Positions 39,226 to 52,349 of a stretch of 64,000 nt of DNA are shown here, in pieces (positions within the stretch are counted from its first letter, which is position 1; each line of letters opens with the position of its first letter). The translations under genes and the position numbers were made by a program. The stretch lies in assembly GCF_009914755.1 (NCBI RefSeq), contig NC_060926.1. One strand, written 5' to 3'. Source of the stretch: the human T2T-CHM13v2.0 reference genome, Homo sapiens. The notes under the pieces were generated by a model. The model made no database searches, had not been told where the DNA came from, and saw only the letters and a list, made by a program, of their open reading frames with translations.

Positions 39226-40314
39226 TCACGTAGGATGATGGCAGTCACATCATTAATCTAAAATATTCACTAGTTTCTTGCAAGGACATTAAGTAGACAG
39301 ATTCAACAATTACTTTTGCTAGATAAAGTTAGGGCAAAAGTATGACGGACAGCTGAAAAGTTCCATTCTTTTCAATGTCCCAGCAGATAAATTAGTAGCT
39401 TACCAGTAACATCAAGCATTTTAAAAAGAGAGGAAAAAACAAAACAAAACAAAACAAAACACCACCAGTAATGATCCAGTTTAATAACCTCATATATTTG
39501 GCTTGGGGTAAATATCAAGTGGTGCTGATCAGTGGAATTACAGATGTAATTGGAAATGTTAAATTTTCTTCTTACTCGACTAGTCACATAGACTATTCTA
39601 TCTATACTAAGGAAACATTTATAAGATTTTTTGCAAATCGACAGAAAAGAGTCATCAAGGAAAAAATATGATAATTTATAATTCTGTTTGTTTTAATGAG
39701 GAATAATATATGTGGGAGCTGAAAATGTTAAAATATATCAAATATTTCAAATATAACAAAATATTTAATCAAAGCAAAAATTAGTTTTTTTTAAAGACTG
39801 ATACATTCTTTCACCTCCATTTCAATATATATTAACTCTCCTAAAGCAAATTAGTTAATACACAGAGCATTTTTAAATGAATTATAAGGATAGCCATTCA
39901 AGAATTGTTTATCCTGGAAAAATATCAGTCACAAATTAAATGTAAAATAGTGAGCAAATGGATTAAAATATATACAGCATGAAAGATTGCTTTGTCTCTT
40001 AGGACTTCACACTTTAAAATGATTATTATTAACATTGAAATGATTTATATCAGTGAAGGCAGACATACACCTGACTTCAGGGACCAATACAATAGAGAGT
40101 ATTTTTGAAAAATGTATATTCTCTAGACTTGCTGATTTAAACCTCAGCTTGTGACCAAGAATTTTCATTTTTCAGAACCTGACCATGTTACTCTTCTTAT
40201 CACCGAAATCTGATAACCACTGCAGTACCAACTTCAGGATGTTCCTAGATACCTTTGGATATGTTAAAGGAATCCTAAGATGGTTGAGGGCACTCCACAT
40301 TTATCTAAGCCTTT

Positions 40315-40672
40315 AGAACAACAATCACAAAGTCCAGTGACTACAGAGGCCAGACTTTAAAAAGGAATAGGGAGAAATAAAGTATTGCCGACAGGAGAGA
40401 GCCTTCCCTGTTTCAAGGCAGTAGCAACTATTCACTTCCATTCGATACTCTCCTACAGAAATGTAGACCACTTTGTTCGATATTCTGAGCTTTTTTCTCT
40501 CTCTTTTTTTTTTTTAATAGTAGAGATGTTGATGTTTATGTGAAACATTCTGATTTTCAAATGTTGGCAACCAGTTTCGAATATTTTCAGTGTGCAACCA
40601 AGCACTATGCTTGCAAATAAAACACAGGTATGGGAAGGCTCTGACTGAAGGACAATTAATTTACAATATCTG
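40315..40672. mobile_element. MER102-like hAT-Charlie element
   Basis: tttatgtgaaacattctgattttcaaatgttggcaac...aaataaaacacag resembles MER102. Confidence 0.65.
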
Positions 40673-41065
40673 ATTGTGGTAAACTATCTGAAAGATATAG
40701 AATATTATGTTCTGCATATATATGTGTTCGTGTGTGTGTGTATATATATATATAAAACAACTACAAAAAATTATATTCATATGTATATACGTATAATTTT
40801 CTTCTTTCTGTGTTTACATATATAAAGCACAGATTGACAAGCTGGCTTATTAATCCTAGGTGTAGATATTTTGAAAGAGATAAACAAATAGTATTGAACG
40901 TATCTAAACAGACAGCCAAATCAACAAGTTGAATGGCAACAAGTAAGACGTACACTCTATGACAGTGACTAAATTAACCAAGAGTTACAGATAAGAGAGT
41001 GATTAGCATGCGATAAGAACATTATAGAGGACTACCTAGAGAAGGCAAGGTTTAAATTGGGCCAT

Positions 41066-42447
41066 GTGCTGGGAAACCTGGATATCTATATGCAGAAGAA
41101 TTACATTAGATCCCTATCTCTCATCATATACAAAATTCAACTCTAAAAACAATAAAGATTTAAAGGCAAGACCTGAAAATATGAAACTACTAGAAAAAAA
41201 CATAGGGAAAACACTCTAAGACATTGGTCTAGGCAAAGATTTTACGGCTAAGTCCTCAGAAACACAGGGAACAAAAACAAAAAGAGATAACTGGGACTGT
41301 ATTAAACTAAAAGCTTCTGTATAGCAAAGGAAAAAATCAATAGAATGAAGAGACAACCTGCTGAATGGAAGAAAATATTTGCAAACTATTCATCCAAGGG
41401 ACTAATATCCAGAATAAACAAGGAGCTGAAACAATTCAATAGCAAAAAGCCAAATAAACACGTTAAAGAGTGGACAAAGAATCTGAAAAGACATTTACTT
41501 AAAGAAGACATACAAATAGCCAACAGGTATATGAAAAAGTGTTCAATATAACTAATCATCAGGGAAATATGAAAATCCAAACCTCCATCAGATATCCTTA
41601 CCCCCGTTAGAATGTCTACCATCTAAAAGACAAAACAGATGCTGGTGAGGATGTGGAGAAAAGGCAATTCTTACACATTGTTGGTGGGGATGTAAATTAG
41701 TACAGCCATTATGGAAAACAATACGTAGATTTCTCAAACACTAAAAAGAGAGCTATTACATGATTCAGCAATCCCACTACTGGGTATTTATCCAAAGGAA
41801 AGGAAATCAGTTCAAAGGAATACCTGTCCCCCTATCACCATGTTTGTTGCAGTAATATTCACAATAGCAAAGACATGGAATCAATCAAAGTATCCGTCAA
41901 CAGGTAAATGGATAAAGAAGTGGTGGTATATGTACACAGTGGAATACTCTTGGGTCATAAAAAAGAATCAAAACCTGTCTTTTGCAGCAACATGAATGAA
42001 ACTGAAGGGCATTATGTTAGGTGAAATAAGCTAGGCACAGATAGACAAATATCACATGTTCTCACACATATGTGGGAGCTAAAAAAGTTGATCTTATGGA
42101 GGTGGAGAGTATAATGATAGATACCAGAGGCTGAGAAGGGTGTTCATGTGTAGAAAGGGGGTGAAGAGAGGTAGGACAGGGGGTATAAACATACAGTTAG
42201 ATGGAAGAAATATGTTCTAATGTTTGATAGCACAGTAGGGTGACTATAGTTAATAAAATTGCATTTTATATTTCAAAATAGCTAGAAGAGAGGATTTGAA
42301 ACATTCCCAACACATAAAAATGATAAAAGCTCAAGGTGATGAATATCATAAATCCCCCTGACTTGATCGTTACACATTCTATACATATAACAAAATATCA
42401 CATGTACCCAGTAAATATGTATAAAAATGTATATCAATTAAAAAAAT
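41066..42447 (+). mobile_element. L1MA-type LINE-1 3' 1.4 kb, apparently inserted in an L2
   Basis: ORF2 C-terminal remnant ([15 protein letters not shown]...[15 protein letters not shown]) plus L1MA 3'UTR and A-tail; L2-like sequence on both flanks. Confidence 0.95.
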
Positions 42448-42934
42448 CAAACCATGAAAGCTAATTAAGTTTAAAAAATGATTTCATATAACTTTAGTAA
42501 GAAATACTTTAAAATTCCTTAATGCTAAAAAATTTATCAGACCAGTTAATATATAAATTTTAGTTATATAAGCATTTAAAAATTTAGAAATATTAAAAAC
42601 TGGAAATAATTAAAAATCAAGATAGGTTGGACTTAAGAGGTGTGGCATTAAGGGAGATCAGATACAACAGACTGAGCAAAAGCAAGAAGGTGAGAATAAA
42701 GCGAAACCCAGGCATAGAACCTACAAAGAATACAGTAAGAAGTCACCAGAAATGTCAAGCAGACTGTTTGCCAGTCTGAACTATCACCCTATCCCCGTAA
42801 CAGAATTCCATGAAAAACTAAGAAAAAATAATATGACAAAATATATGTTTTATTTTCTTCTTTATGAGCCTGTTTGGTTAACATTTTATACCATGCAATG
42901 TTAGGTTGAGAACTAAACCAAGAAATATGAACAC

Positions 42935-43050
42935 AGGAATGGAAAATAGAAAGAAGGAAAGAAGGAAAGGAGAGGAAGAGAAAGGTAGTAAGGAGGGAAG
43001 GAAGGAATGAAGAAAGAAAAATAAAAGAGAATGAGGAAATAAAGAAGAAA
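42935..43050. repeat. GA-rich purine tract ((GAAA/GAAG)n)
   Basis: Directly visible; accounts for the three overlapping F/S/L-rich minus ORFs. Confidence 0.9.
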
Positions 43051-44305
43051 AATGTAATGCACCATGAAAAGGAGATATATATACAAATATGCAAAGGGAC
43101 ATGCAGAAAAGAAACATTGACCAATTAATCTCATTAATGGGTACAGCTCGAAAACTAATGTGCTTAAGTACAGAGGGAACAATTTAGGATAAATAATATG
43201 AAAGAACTTTATAGTTATGTAAGAACACTCAGGCAATGGATCATGCTATCGAGGGAATTTAGAGACACTCTTGGCTGGAAGACACTAATTTATTATGCGC
43301 TGATTTAAGTATAATTAAAATCAACCTAGATATTAAACAAGGGAAACGATATGTAACTTTTAGATATCCATTTATTACCTAAGGACAGAGAGAGCAGCAA
43401 ATGTGCAAATGTTCTACAGCCAGATTAATCTTCCTTTAAAAAGCTCCCATTCATAATATCACTCCCTTTTGAAAATACTTTAATTGACTCTACATGATCC
43501 ATCCAAATTCATAAGTGGAGTATTCAATATCCATAGTCTGGCTTTACCCTACTGTTTCAATCATGCCTCCCACTTCTTCTAGATGCTGGCCATCTACACT
43601 CATTAGGTTGATCTACTCCCCATACTTTAGGGTGCACAATGTTTGCCCAGCGTAATTGCTCAGTGATTTTTTAATGGATTTACTGATTAAGCTTCAAAGG
43701 CATTTCCAACTCCACAGAATGTATGCTAATTCTAACGTTACCCGTATAGAATACTAAAAAAAAATTTTAACATTCTCCAAAACTATGGCTATATTTTTCT
43801 CCTCTTCCATTTTCATCCTTAGGATGGTTTTCCAAAGTAAAACACTGGCCTGTGAAAGCTACTGACATAATCTTGGTTTCTTCAGTAAGAAATAAATTAT
43901 TCACTATCATCCCCACTCCAATGCAATCATAGCAGAATTATCTTTCAAATTATAGCCACATGGTTTCTGAAGACTAATGAAGAGGCTCAGCCCAGGAGAC
44001 AGTTTTGGGATCCAAAAAATACCTTTCAGTTTCTGCTCTTTCTAATTCGGACAGTAGCAATGAGGCCACACTGATTCAACTGGTAAGCTTCCTTCATATT
44101 TTTCATTGTTGTTTTTTCCCTTAGTTTCAAGCCCTACCTGAGCCTTGCCCACGCTACCACCACTCTGTCTGAATTTTTGCACCTTTATTTCATCCAGGTT
44201 GATACTCACAGCCCCTGAGTTTTCCTGACTGTCTAAGACAACAGTCTAAAAGTGAAACCAGAAAGCTAGGGGGGAGAAACAGTGTCACACAAAAATTCTG
44301 GCAGA

Positions 44306-44322
44306 TACTGCCACCTACAGGG
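44306..44322 (-). promoter_or_regulatory. Putative CTCF-binding site
   Basis: Minus strand CCCTGTAGGTGGCAGTA closely fits the CTCF core (CC..YAGRKGGCRS); motif only, occupancy unknown. Confidence 0.6.
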
Positions 44323-44974
44323 ATTATAAGGTCATCCCCAACTCAATCTCCTAAAAAATCACTCATTTATAATAGAGGGGGAAACTGGGCATATTTGAAC
44401 TACACGGATAAAGAAGAAGCCAATTTCATCAAATGATAACCTTTGATTTAGTGTATGGAATAATTATATATGTATATATGTATGTATGTATATGCATATG
44501 TAAATCAATCATTAAACAGGGCCAATAAAAACAGGGCTGTAAGAAAGAAAATTAAAGGAGAAATATCAGGTTGTGCCAGTCGATAATTTCTGTTACTAGA
44601 AATTATTAAAAATCATATTGGACGAGTTGATTACCTATTTTTGGTTCTATATGCTCTTGAAAAGTTTATGTAACACTGTATACAACATGATAGAATATTT
44701 ACCTATAACCAAGGTGTCTAGGGGTTGACATTTTTATCCTATAATATTTGAAACTTAAAATTATATTTCAGTTATTCACAAATAATTCATTAAAATTCAT
44801 AAACTAAATGATAAACTATATCATTCCTGAAATAACTAATATAAATGTAGCTATTTAAAATATGAGATGCTGGCTATTTCTGTGATGATTTAATGCCATG
44901 TTAACAAATATAGAGAAGAAAATAGTATAAAAGCATATTTTTAGTATTTACTGTTTAAAAAACCTTTAGATCTA

Positions 44975-45400
44975 TGATTTTTAAAAACTGCATTTGAAAA
45001 TAATTACAAACATATAGAAAAGGTGCAAAAAAAGCACAAAACATCCCTTTACCCAAGTTCACCTATTACTAAAATTTAACACTAGGATTTTTCTCAATTT
45101 ATTTAATTTTTTTCTCTCTCTGTCCACACAAATACACACACACACAGAAATTGTTTTTTTTCCTGAACCATTTGATGGTGAATTACATACATCATGGCGC
45201 TTTACCTCTTAAATATTGTGTATTTCCTAATAATAATATCGTCTTACATAATCATAATGTTACCAACCAAATAATCTAATCTAAAAAGTAGATTATTTGA
45301 TCTCATCTACAATCTATTTCCCCATTTCCTGTCAATTGATCCAGAAATATCTTCACGCTATCTCCCCCTCCAGAACAAGACCCAGTCTAGGAAAGCTATA
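44975..45400 (-). mobile_element. Old L1 (L1MC4/5-like) 3' fragment
   Basis: ttgaaaataattacaaacatatagaaaaggtgcaaaa...ccctttacccaagttcacctatt...ttcctgaaccatttga. Confidence 0.7.
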
Positions 45401-46055
45401 ATCTTTGAATCTGCTTTTTTAGGGGAGAAGAAGGAAGAGATTCCTTATTTTTTAGCTGCGTAGGCTTTTAGCTGTGTCACCATTGCAACCAAATGGCTTG
45501 AGTGTGACAACTCCCATTCATCTTTTTGGTCTACCTTTTCCTTTAATACATCTTGGAGTCAGAAGATGGATAATAAATTATTTTGGAATTATAGATGGGT
45601 AATATTTAATGCCCAATATAAGAAGGACTGAAGACTTCTAAGGTTTGAGGGCAGATGATTTTTTTTGCATGCATTTGACAGCTCAATTGATTTTTACTTC
45701 TTCATAAGTTACCTAAGTGCTATGGATAGGTGATATGGTACTACTTTAGGTGTTGATAACTGAATTATGTCAGTAGTCTAGGGATGACAAATAGCCAGAA
45801 AAAAAAAATTCATTAGTTTCCCCAAATTGGTAAACAGTTTTTGGGAAATTGGAAGAATAATATGAGTGTCATGGAGACACTATCGGCTAAATTGACAATC
45901 AGTAAGAATTAGGTAACTGAAAACCTAGCTCTTTAAGTGTGTATGAGAGGAGAGAAGGCGGGTTAAACTGGCAGTTATAATTACCATGATTCATTCAAAA
46001 GTATGAACTGCAGTAGTTACTATGCATTTCCAAGTAGATTTTCAAAACTCCTAAA

Positions 46056-46306
46056 TTGGTGGGAGTCTAAATTCGTTCAACCATTGTGGAAGAGAGTGTG
46101 GTGATTCCTCAAGGATCTAGAACTAGAAATACCATTTGACCCAGCAATCCCATTACTGGGTATATACCCAAAGGATTACAAATCATCCTTCTATAAAGAC
46201 ACATGCACATGGATGTTTACTGCAGCACTATTCACAATAGCAAAGACTTGGAACCAATCCAATTGCCCATCAATGATAGACTGGATAAAGAAAATATGGC
46301 ACACAT
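46056..46306 (+). mobile_element. L1PA-type ORF2 3'-end internal fragment (251 bp)
   Basis: Close to primate L1: ttcaaccattgtggaaga...gattcctcaaggatctagaactagaaataccatttgacccagcaatcccattactgggtatatacccaaagg; no 3'UTR or poly(A). Confidence 0.95.
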
Positions 46307-48059
46307 TTGTTAGGTTATATAGAGTAATGCTAAATATTTAAATCAGCAAATCATCTGTTCCATTATAGTTTTTTAAATGATTATTTTGCCACTACCCAAG
46401 GATGCTGTGAAAATAAATGATAAGATATTCTATCAACAAACAATGAGGCTTTCAATTAAAGCTGATTATAACTTACTTTTAATGTATATTGCTATTATAC
46501 TTAGGCTAAAAAACCAGTTTACGTTAACATAGTTTTTATGTTAGGCTAAACATCAATATACACAGGCCAAGTTTTCTTTGAATAATCTTCTTTTGTTAAT
46601 GAATGGTCCAAATCTTTACCCCACCTAAAATTCCTTTCTTTGTGTTTTTTACCCATTGAAATTCTGTATCGTCATACTTAGGTCAGTCTTCTGGGAAGTC
46701 TTTTCTGAAGGTTTCAATTTATTCCTCTTAAGAATTTATTTTGCATTTATGCATTCTAACACTCATTTTCACATTACCACTTCATGTTGTAAAATTTTCA
46801 AGTAATTTTAGACCCTACATAAATAATTCCCTAAGAATAATTTTGTTAATTTTATCCTATTTTGTTTCCCCTGTAACACTCAGTACAAATGCTCTCTGAT
46901 TGGTGGGTCCTCTATAATAGTTGGCTATTTCAGATGAATGGTAAAAGACCCCTCTCACATCTGGGATCGTCAGGAGGTCAGAGTTTCAGCAAGCATTGCA
47001 GTTATGCAAATTTCTATTTGTTACTATTACAATAATTGCTAGCAGCTAGAAGAAGCTAGAGTAATGATGTATTTTTTCAAATAAGTGCCTTAGAAGATTC
47101 CTAGGAAAAGCTAATTGCAAACACCTAGGAGAGAAGGCATATGCATTATCTTTATCTGTATAGCCAGAGTCCTACTAGTTACAGAGTGGCAAAGAAGCAG
47201 CATCCAAATAACTTGTCTTAGGTATTTGTGAATAACTAAAAATTTAGATAATTGCATTTGAAAATACCATATTTTAGTGCATTCTATATGTGGGGTCCAC
47301 CTCTGAACACTTGCATCCCTAGAGTTAAAGAGAGCTAGAAAGGACAAATGGACAACAGACAGCGTCTCTGCAGACGAGGTGATTCTTTGAGATGTTATTA
47401 AAATGAGTGCTGTTCAACTACGTGATTGACTGTAATATGAAGTCACGTGTGGAAAAAACAAAACTACACCCTGCATTATAAACACCATTCTAGTGATAAG
47501 ACATCCTCTAACCCACTTGTAAAATTAAGAAGATAAAAACCACTTAGTTAGATTTGGCTTAACCATAGTTAAAACAAGTTTCTAACATGAAGTAAACCTT
47601 AACCACAGGCTTCTTCTTTCAGAAAAGCAAATACAAAACAGTTATAGCTAGAAATCCCATGGTGTCTTTTAAAGTACTGAAAGTTTTCAGACTATATTGC
47701 TGAAGCCTGTTGCATGTAGCCTATGCATGTAGCTGCTTGTCTCCTGTAGGAATCCTAGCTTACAAAGTCTAGATGTGAAATAGGTCCTGGGTTGAGTGGG
47801 GCATCTATAAGTTAAAAATATTTTCAACTGTGTAGAGTTCTACAGGTTCTCCAGTCTTATGATTGGGAGAATGGTGCTTGCTGACTGTCAGATGCTTCTA
47901 TTCTCACATCCATCTTAATAATATATTCACACAAGCATATGCTGTTAAATAAACAAAAGCAGTACTGATGATGATCTGGTATCTGTGAGTGTGAAACTAA
48001 TTTTTTTTTAAGTTGTAAGTCATTTGCAACCTAGACACTTACAGAGATTATTGGGGTAA

Positions 48060-48250
48060 AATTGTGGACTCTAGAGGCAACAGCTCCACCATTTATTGAT
48101 TACATGACTAGCAAGTTACTTAACCTCTGTTTATGTCAGTTTCCTCATTTATAAATCCAAAGCTAATATTAGCTTCTACTTCATGAAGTCTCTATAAGGA
48201 GTATGCTTTTTACTCAAGCAGAGCACTTGCTACATTGCTCAATCAATATT
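48060..48250 (+). mobile_element. MIR SINE
   Basis: gcaagttacttaacctctg...tcagtttcctcatttataaa. Confidence 0.8.
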
Positions 48251-50539
48251 AGCTTGTCTTAATACCATTACACAAATACATGAAGGGCAAAAAAAAACAA
48301 AGTCTAATTTCTCCAATAAACAAATTGCTCATGTCATCAATCTAATCACCATTTGATTGAGTTTAGTTGTTTTTCTTTTCCTGAACACGGGTCCATTGCT
48401 AGACATGCACTTGCTTATCCAGAGGGCCAATCAGATTTCTGAAAAAGTTCCAAGTTTTGGCATATTCCTCTCTTTCTCTTTGACTGACTGACCCATGATT
48501 CAGAATTGCAATCACAAAGTGCCCCTGATGCTACTGTTCACACTGTCAGAGGATAGAAACACACAAAGTTTAATCAGATTCTCAGTAGCAATGTGATGTC
48601 AATCGGGATGATTAAATACCAGCCATTCTAAGCCTGCCTTGCAATTGTTGTCTGAGAATTCACCTGAGTCCTAAGGAATGTGATAATCCTAGGTCTGCAG
48701 AGTACACTGACCCAGAGAAAGACCACTGACAACATCTACATCTACCTTTCTTTTGGTATGGGGGTGCCAGAGAGGGTTAAATTTACAGTGTGTATAATCA
48801 TCTCTGGGTTGAAAGTCTATTTGCCAGGTTCATATTAACAATATGTTTTCTCTAAGAGCATAGCATAAAGTAGTGAAAATAGAGGTCTTTCAGCAATGCA
48901 TGGCTTTTGCCTACAGCAGCAGAGAGGGAAGGTGGAAAGTCATTGCTATGAAAGAGGCTATTTGTTGTTTATAAAGCATAATTTTTAAAGATAAATTGCT
49001 GGAAACATCGATGCCATGAACATAAGTAGACATTGTTCACTTTATGGAATCCATTTTATATCCATTTGCGCTGCCTGCTTATGAAAGGAATAAAGGGAGA
49101 ATTTCAGAAATGGCTAAGCAAAAAAGACAAAGGGTGGCCATTTTGTTAAAGTTTTACCATCCAAGAAAGTGCTGGCAAAGAAGTGGAGATATATCCACAC
49201 CAAATTGTCACCACTACTGATAAATAACTCAGAGAACTGATCTATATAGGTGACAAATCAAAATGGATATTTGCATACAAAGAGAAGCAAATGATATGGA
49301 ATACCATATCATATCCTCATGACCTAGTGTCAATGTGACTATGATGGAAGCCATAAGTGACACCCTCAGCAAAATAATTCTAATTCATTCTAGTGCTCCT
49401 GGGCTCCCATAGCACCTTGTATATACCTCTTTGATAAAACTTACTATGTTTTACTCTTCCTCCTTACCCAGCTAGCTTTTACACTAAACTGTGAGCTATT
49501 TGGGAATAGAGATTTTACTTTCCTTATCTTTATATATACATAGATTTATCTCAGTGCCAAGCACATAATAAACACCAAAAATGTTGAATATTGATTGGAT
49601 TCTGTGCTTTCATCTTTGGTGACTAGTTTAATTGAAAAAAAAAGCAGTAGTTCTGACTCAAGAGAAGACTTGAGCCCCCAGAAATAGGCTTGTTTTCATT
49701 ATTATCTGTAAGTATTCCAGTATGTTAACCATGCCATTTAACTCACTGCCTGTATGTAGCCATATGCATATCAGCTGAACTATTGATGCCAAATGAAAGT
49801 GGGATTATATAATTCAAACCACCCCTTGGGTTTAAATTTGGTCCAAGACTTGCACTCTTTATATTTCTTATTTTTTTTCCTTCTATTAGTGAATTTCTCC
49901 ATTACTCCTGGGGAAATAGATAATTCTCCTTTAAGTAGATTCAATTACTGTAAAGAAATCACACTTGATCACTTTGAGGAGATCTAAGCTTTGCTCAAAC
50001 TACAATTCAATGAGCTGACCTAGAGTTAATCACCTTTTACTCATTCATTTATCAAAGAGACAAGCACAACAATGGATGGATTTTGGCATGCAGTCTTCAT
50101 GCATGCACCACATTAATTAATTCCTATTAAGGAGGTTTTACCAGCACTTGCAATGAACACTAACACTTATAAAGACAGCACAGTCCACATTCTTGCTGTT
50201 CTGTCTACACTTAGACATCAGAACTAGCAAAGGATGTATTGTCTATTTTTTTCTACATAAAATAAAGCTTACTACTTTGTGCAAACCACTTACCTACTGA
50301 TAAGTCCACACTCTGCTAGTTTCAGTGTTCTCCTAAAGAAGCAAAAGTATATTACTGCTAAATGTTCCTGTAAGGACTAATTTCCAGTGAGGTGTATCTG
50401 TCATTTTGTACATCTTTACAATTTCTGAACTGCAGAAAGATAACAGGTTTTGTAGAATAAAGAAGAATCATTTAGGAATTAGGTGTTAGATACCTATCTA
50501 TATTTTTTTGTTTCTACTCAGTATCACATTTATCTTCTG

Positions 50540-51145
50540 CGATTTATAAAACTACACCTCCTTTTACAGGAACATGATGCTTCCCATATCACATCCAAAT
50601 GGAGCCCATAGGGATTGCTATGTTCTTACATGACCATACACCCCTGGCCAGAGTTGGTAGATTGAGGAGTAGGCTCAAACTGGGCCAAACACAGTACCTT
50701 ACCTCCCTGAACACATTTGATTGGTCCAGGAGTGGGTACCTCACTTAGCCCACTGCATCTAGAGCCAAGTGTCTATTCCCATCTTTATCCTGGGATATTT
50801 GGATTTTAGATGGTATCTTCAAAAAACTCAGATTTGTTTCCCACAGGGGCTAAAGATTTATGCAATAAAACTTAAGAGTTCTCAGAAACTAAGTTTTTCA
50901 CCTCAAGGAAAAGCCTAGTCTGCAGTGAAACCAAATGAAGCTGACAAGCTGAGAGAGGCAAAGAGGAAAACCAGATTGATTTCTGACAGTGCCTGAATCC
51001 CGAGGGCTGGACTTCACCACTCTTCTTTCCTCAGCTTTGTTATTTAAGGTTTCTTTCCATTCTGGGAGCCAATAAATCTCCCCCTTTGCTTAAATACTTC
51101 AGGCTGCCTTTCTGACAGTTACAAACCAAACAATTCTAATCATAT
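50540..51145 (+). mobile_element. MaLR solo LTR (MLT1J/K-like)
   Basis: tgattggtccaggagtggg...agccaataaatctccccctttgcttaa...tttctgacagttacaaaccaaa, typical MLT1 3' end. Confidence 0.7.
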
Positions 51146-51454
51146 TCATTAATAGTGCACACTAAAACACACTGTCAAAGACAGTTACATTTCAGACTCT
51201 TCAAAAAAAAATCAATGAAAGTGACAGAAGTTTAAAATAGGATATCAGTATGCACCAGTATAGCATTCTTATTTCCCCATGTTTCTTCTCTAATCACCCT
51301 ACTAGATTTTCATAGAGTGTTTAATATGAGGGAAACAGGGGAGGTTAGGCCTCAGGCTTCTAGTTTCTAATGTATTTATAGGGAAAGAAACAATTGTAAA
51401 CTAGTACCAAAAGCTCCAAAGCTTTAAAACAAGCAAATAAAAAAAAATCAATAA

Positions 51455-51690
51455 ATAATATGGGATAGAAACAGAAAGTAGATTAGTGGCTGCCTGGGAC
51501 TGGGTGTGGGAACTGAGAATGACTAAAAATGGGTATGAGGTTTCTTTTTGCCTGATGGATACATTCTAAAGTTGGATTGTGGCAATGGTTGCAATTACTT
51601 AGTAAGTTTACTAAAAATTAGATAACTGTATACTTTAAAAATTAGTGAGTTTTATGGTATGAAAACTATACTTCAATGCAGCTGTAAAAT
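51455..51690 (+). mobile_element. Old L1 3'UTR fragment
   Basis: atagaaacagaaagtagattagtggctgcc...gggtatgaggtttcttttt...ctatacttcaat. Confidence 0.8.
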
Positions 51691-51849
51691 AGGCAAATAA
51701 AGCAAACAAAAATAGAAATAAAGAGTATGAGCAATTCTACAGATTTTAAGCAGCTAGAGAAAATGATTACCAATAATAATCTTTAGGAATTAAAATTAAC
51801 ACCAATAGAAGCAGCATGCTGTAAATGTAAATATAGTTCAATATTTCAT

Positions 51850-52250
51850 TTTTAATTTTTTCTTATTGTGGTATAATATACATAACATAAAATATACTGT
51901 CTTAACCATTTTAAGTATACAGTTCAGTGGTACTAAGTGCACTCATATTGTTGTACAACGGTCACCACCATGCATCTCAATAACTCTTTCTATCTGGCAA
52001 AACTCTATTCCCACTAAACAATAACTACCCATTTCCTCTCTCTCCAGCCTCTGGCAATCATCATTCTACCTTCTGTTTCTATAATTTTCACTACTCTAGG
52101 TACATTATATAAGTAGAATCATACAGTATTTGTCTTTTCATGACTAGATTATTTTACTTATGACAATGTTCTCAAGGTTCATCCATGAACCCTGCATATG
52201 TCAGAATTTCTTTCCTTTTAAAGGCTGAATAATGTTCCATTGTATGTATA
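51850..52250 (-). mobile_element. L1MB-type 3' end
   Basis: tatacataacataaaat...taaccattttaagtatacagttcagtgg...ttcctttttaaggctgaataat. Confidence 0.9.
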
Positions 52251-52348
52251 CAGTAGTCCCTCCTTAACCACAGGGAATATGTTCCAAGGCCCCCAGTGCA
52301 CACCTGAAATAAGGCATAGTAACAAACCCTACTTACACTATGTTTCCC
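52251..52348 (+). mobile_element. MER44/Tigger7 left end only
   Basis: TA|cagtagtccctcctta...atgttccaaggcccccagtg...cctgaaa...atagta..aaaccctac...actatgttt. Confidence 0.8.
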
Positions 52349-52349
52349 G

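Noticed and set aside
41345-41622. ORFs with L1 ORF2 similarity (also 13969-14205; ORF1-like at 52172-53066)
   Set aside because: Disrupted fragments of dead LINE-1 copies.
42789-43236. Three overlapping hydrophobic ORFs suggesting membrane proteins
   Set aside because: Artefact of the antisense of a GA-rich tract.
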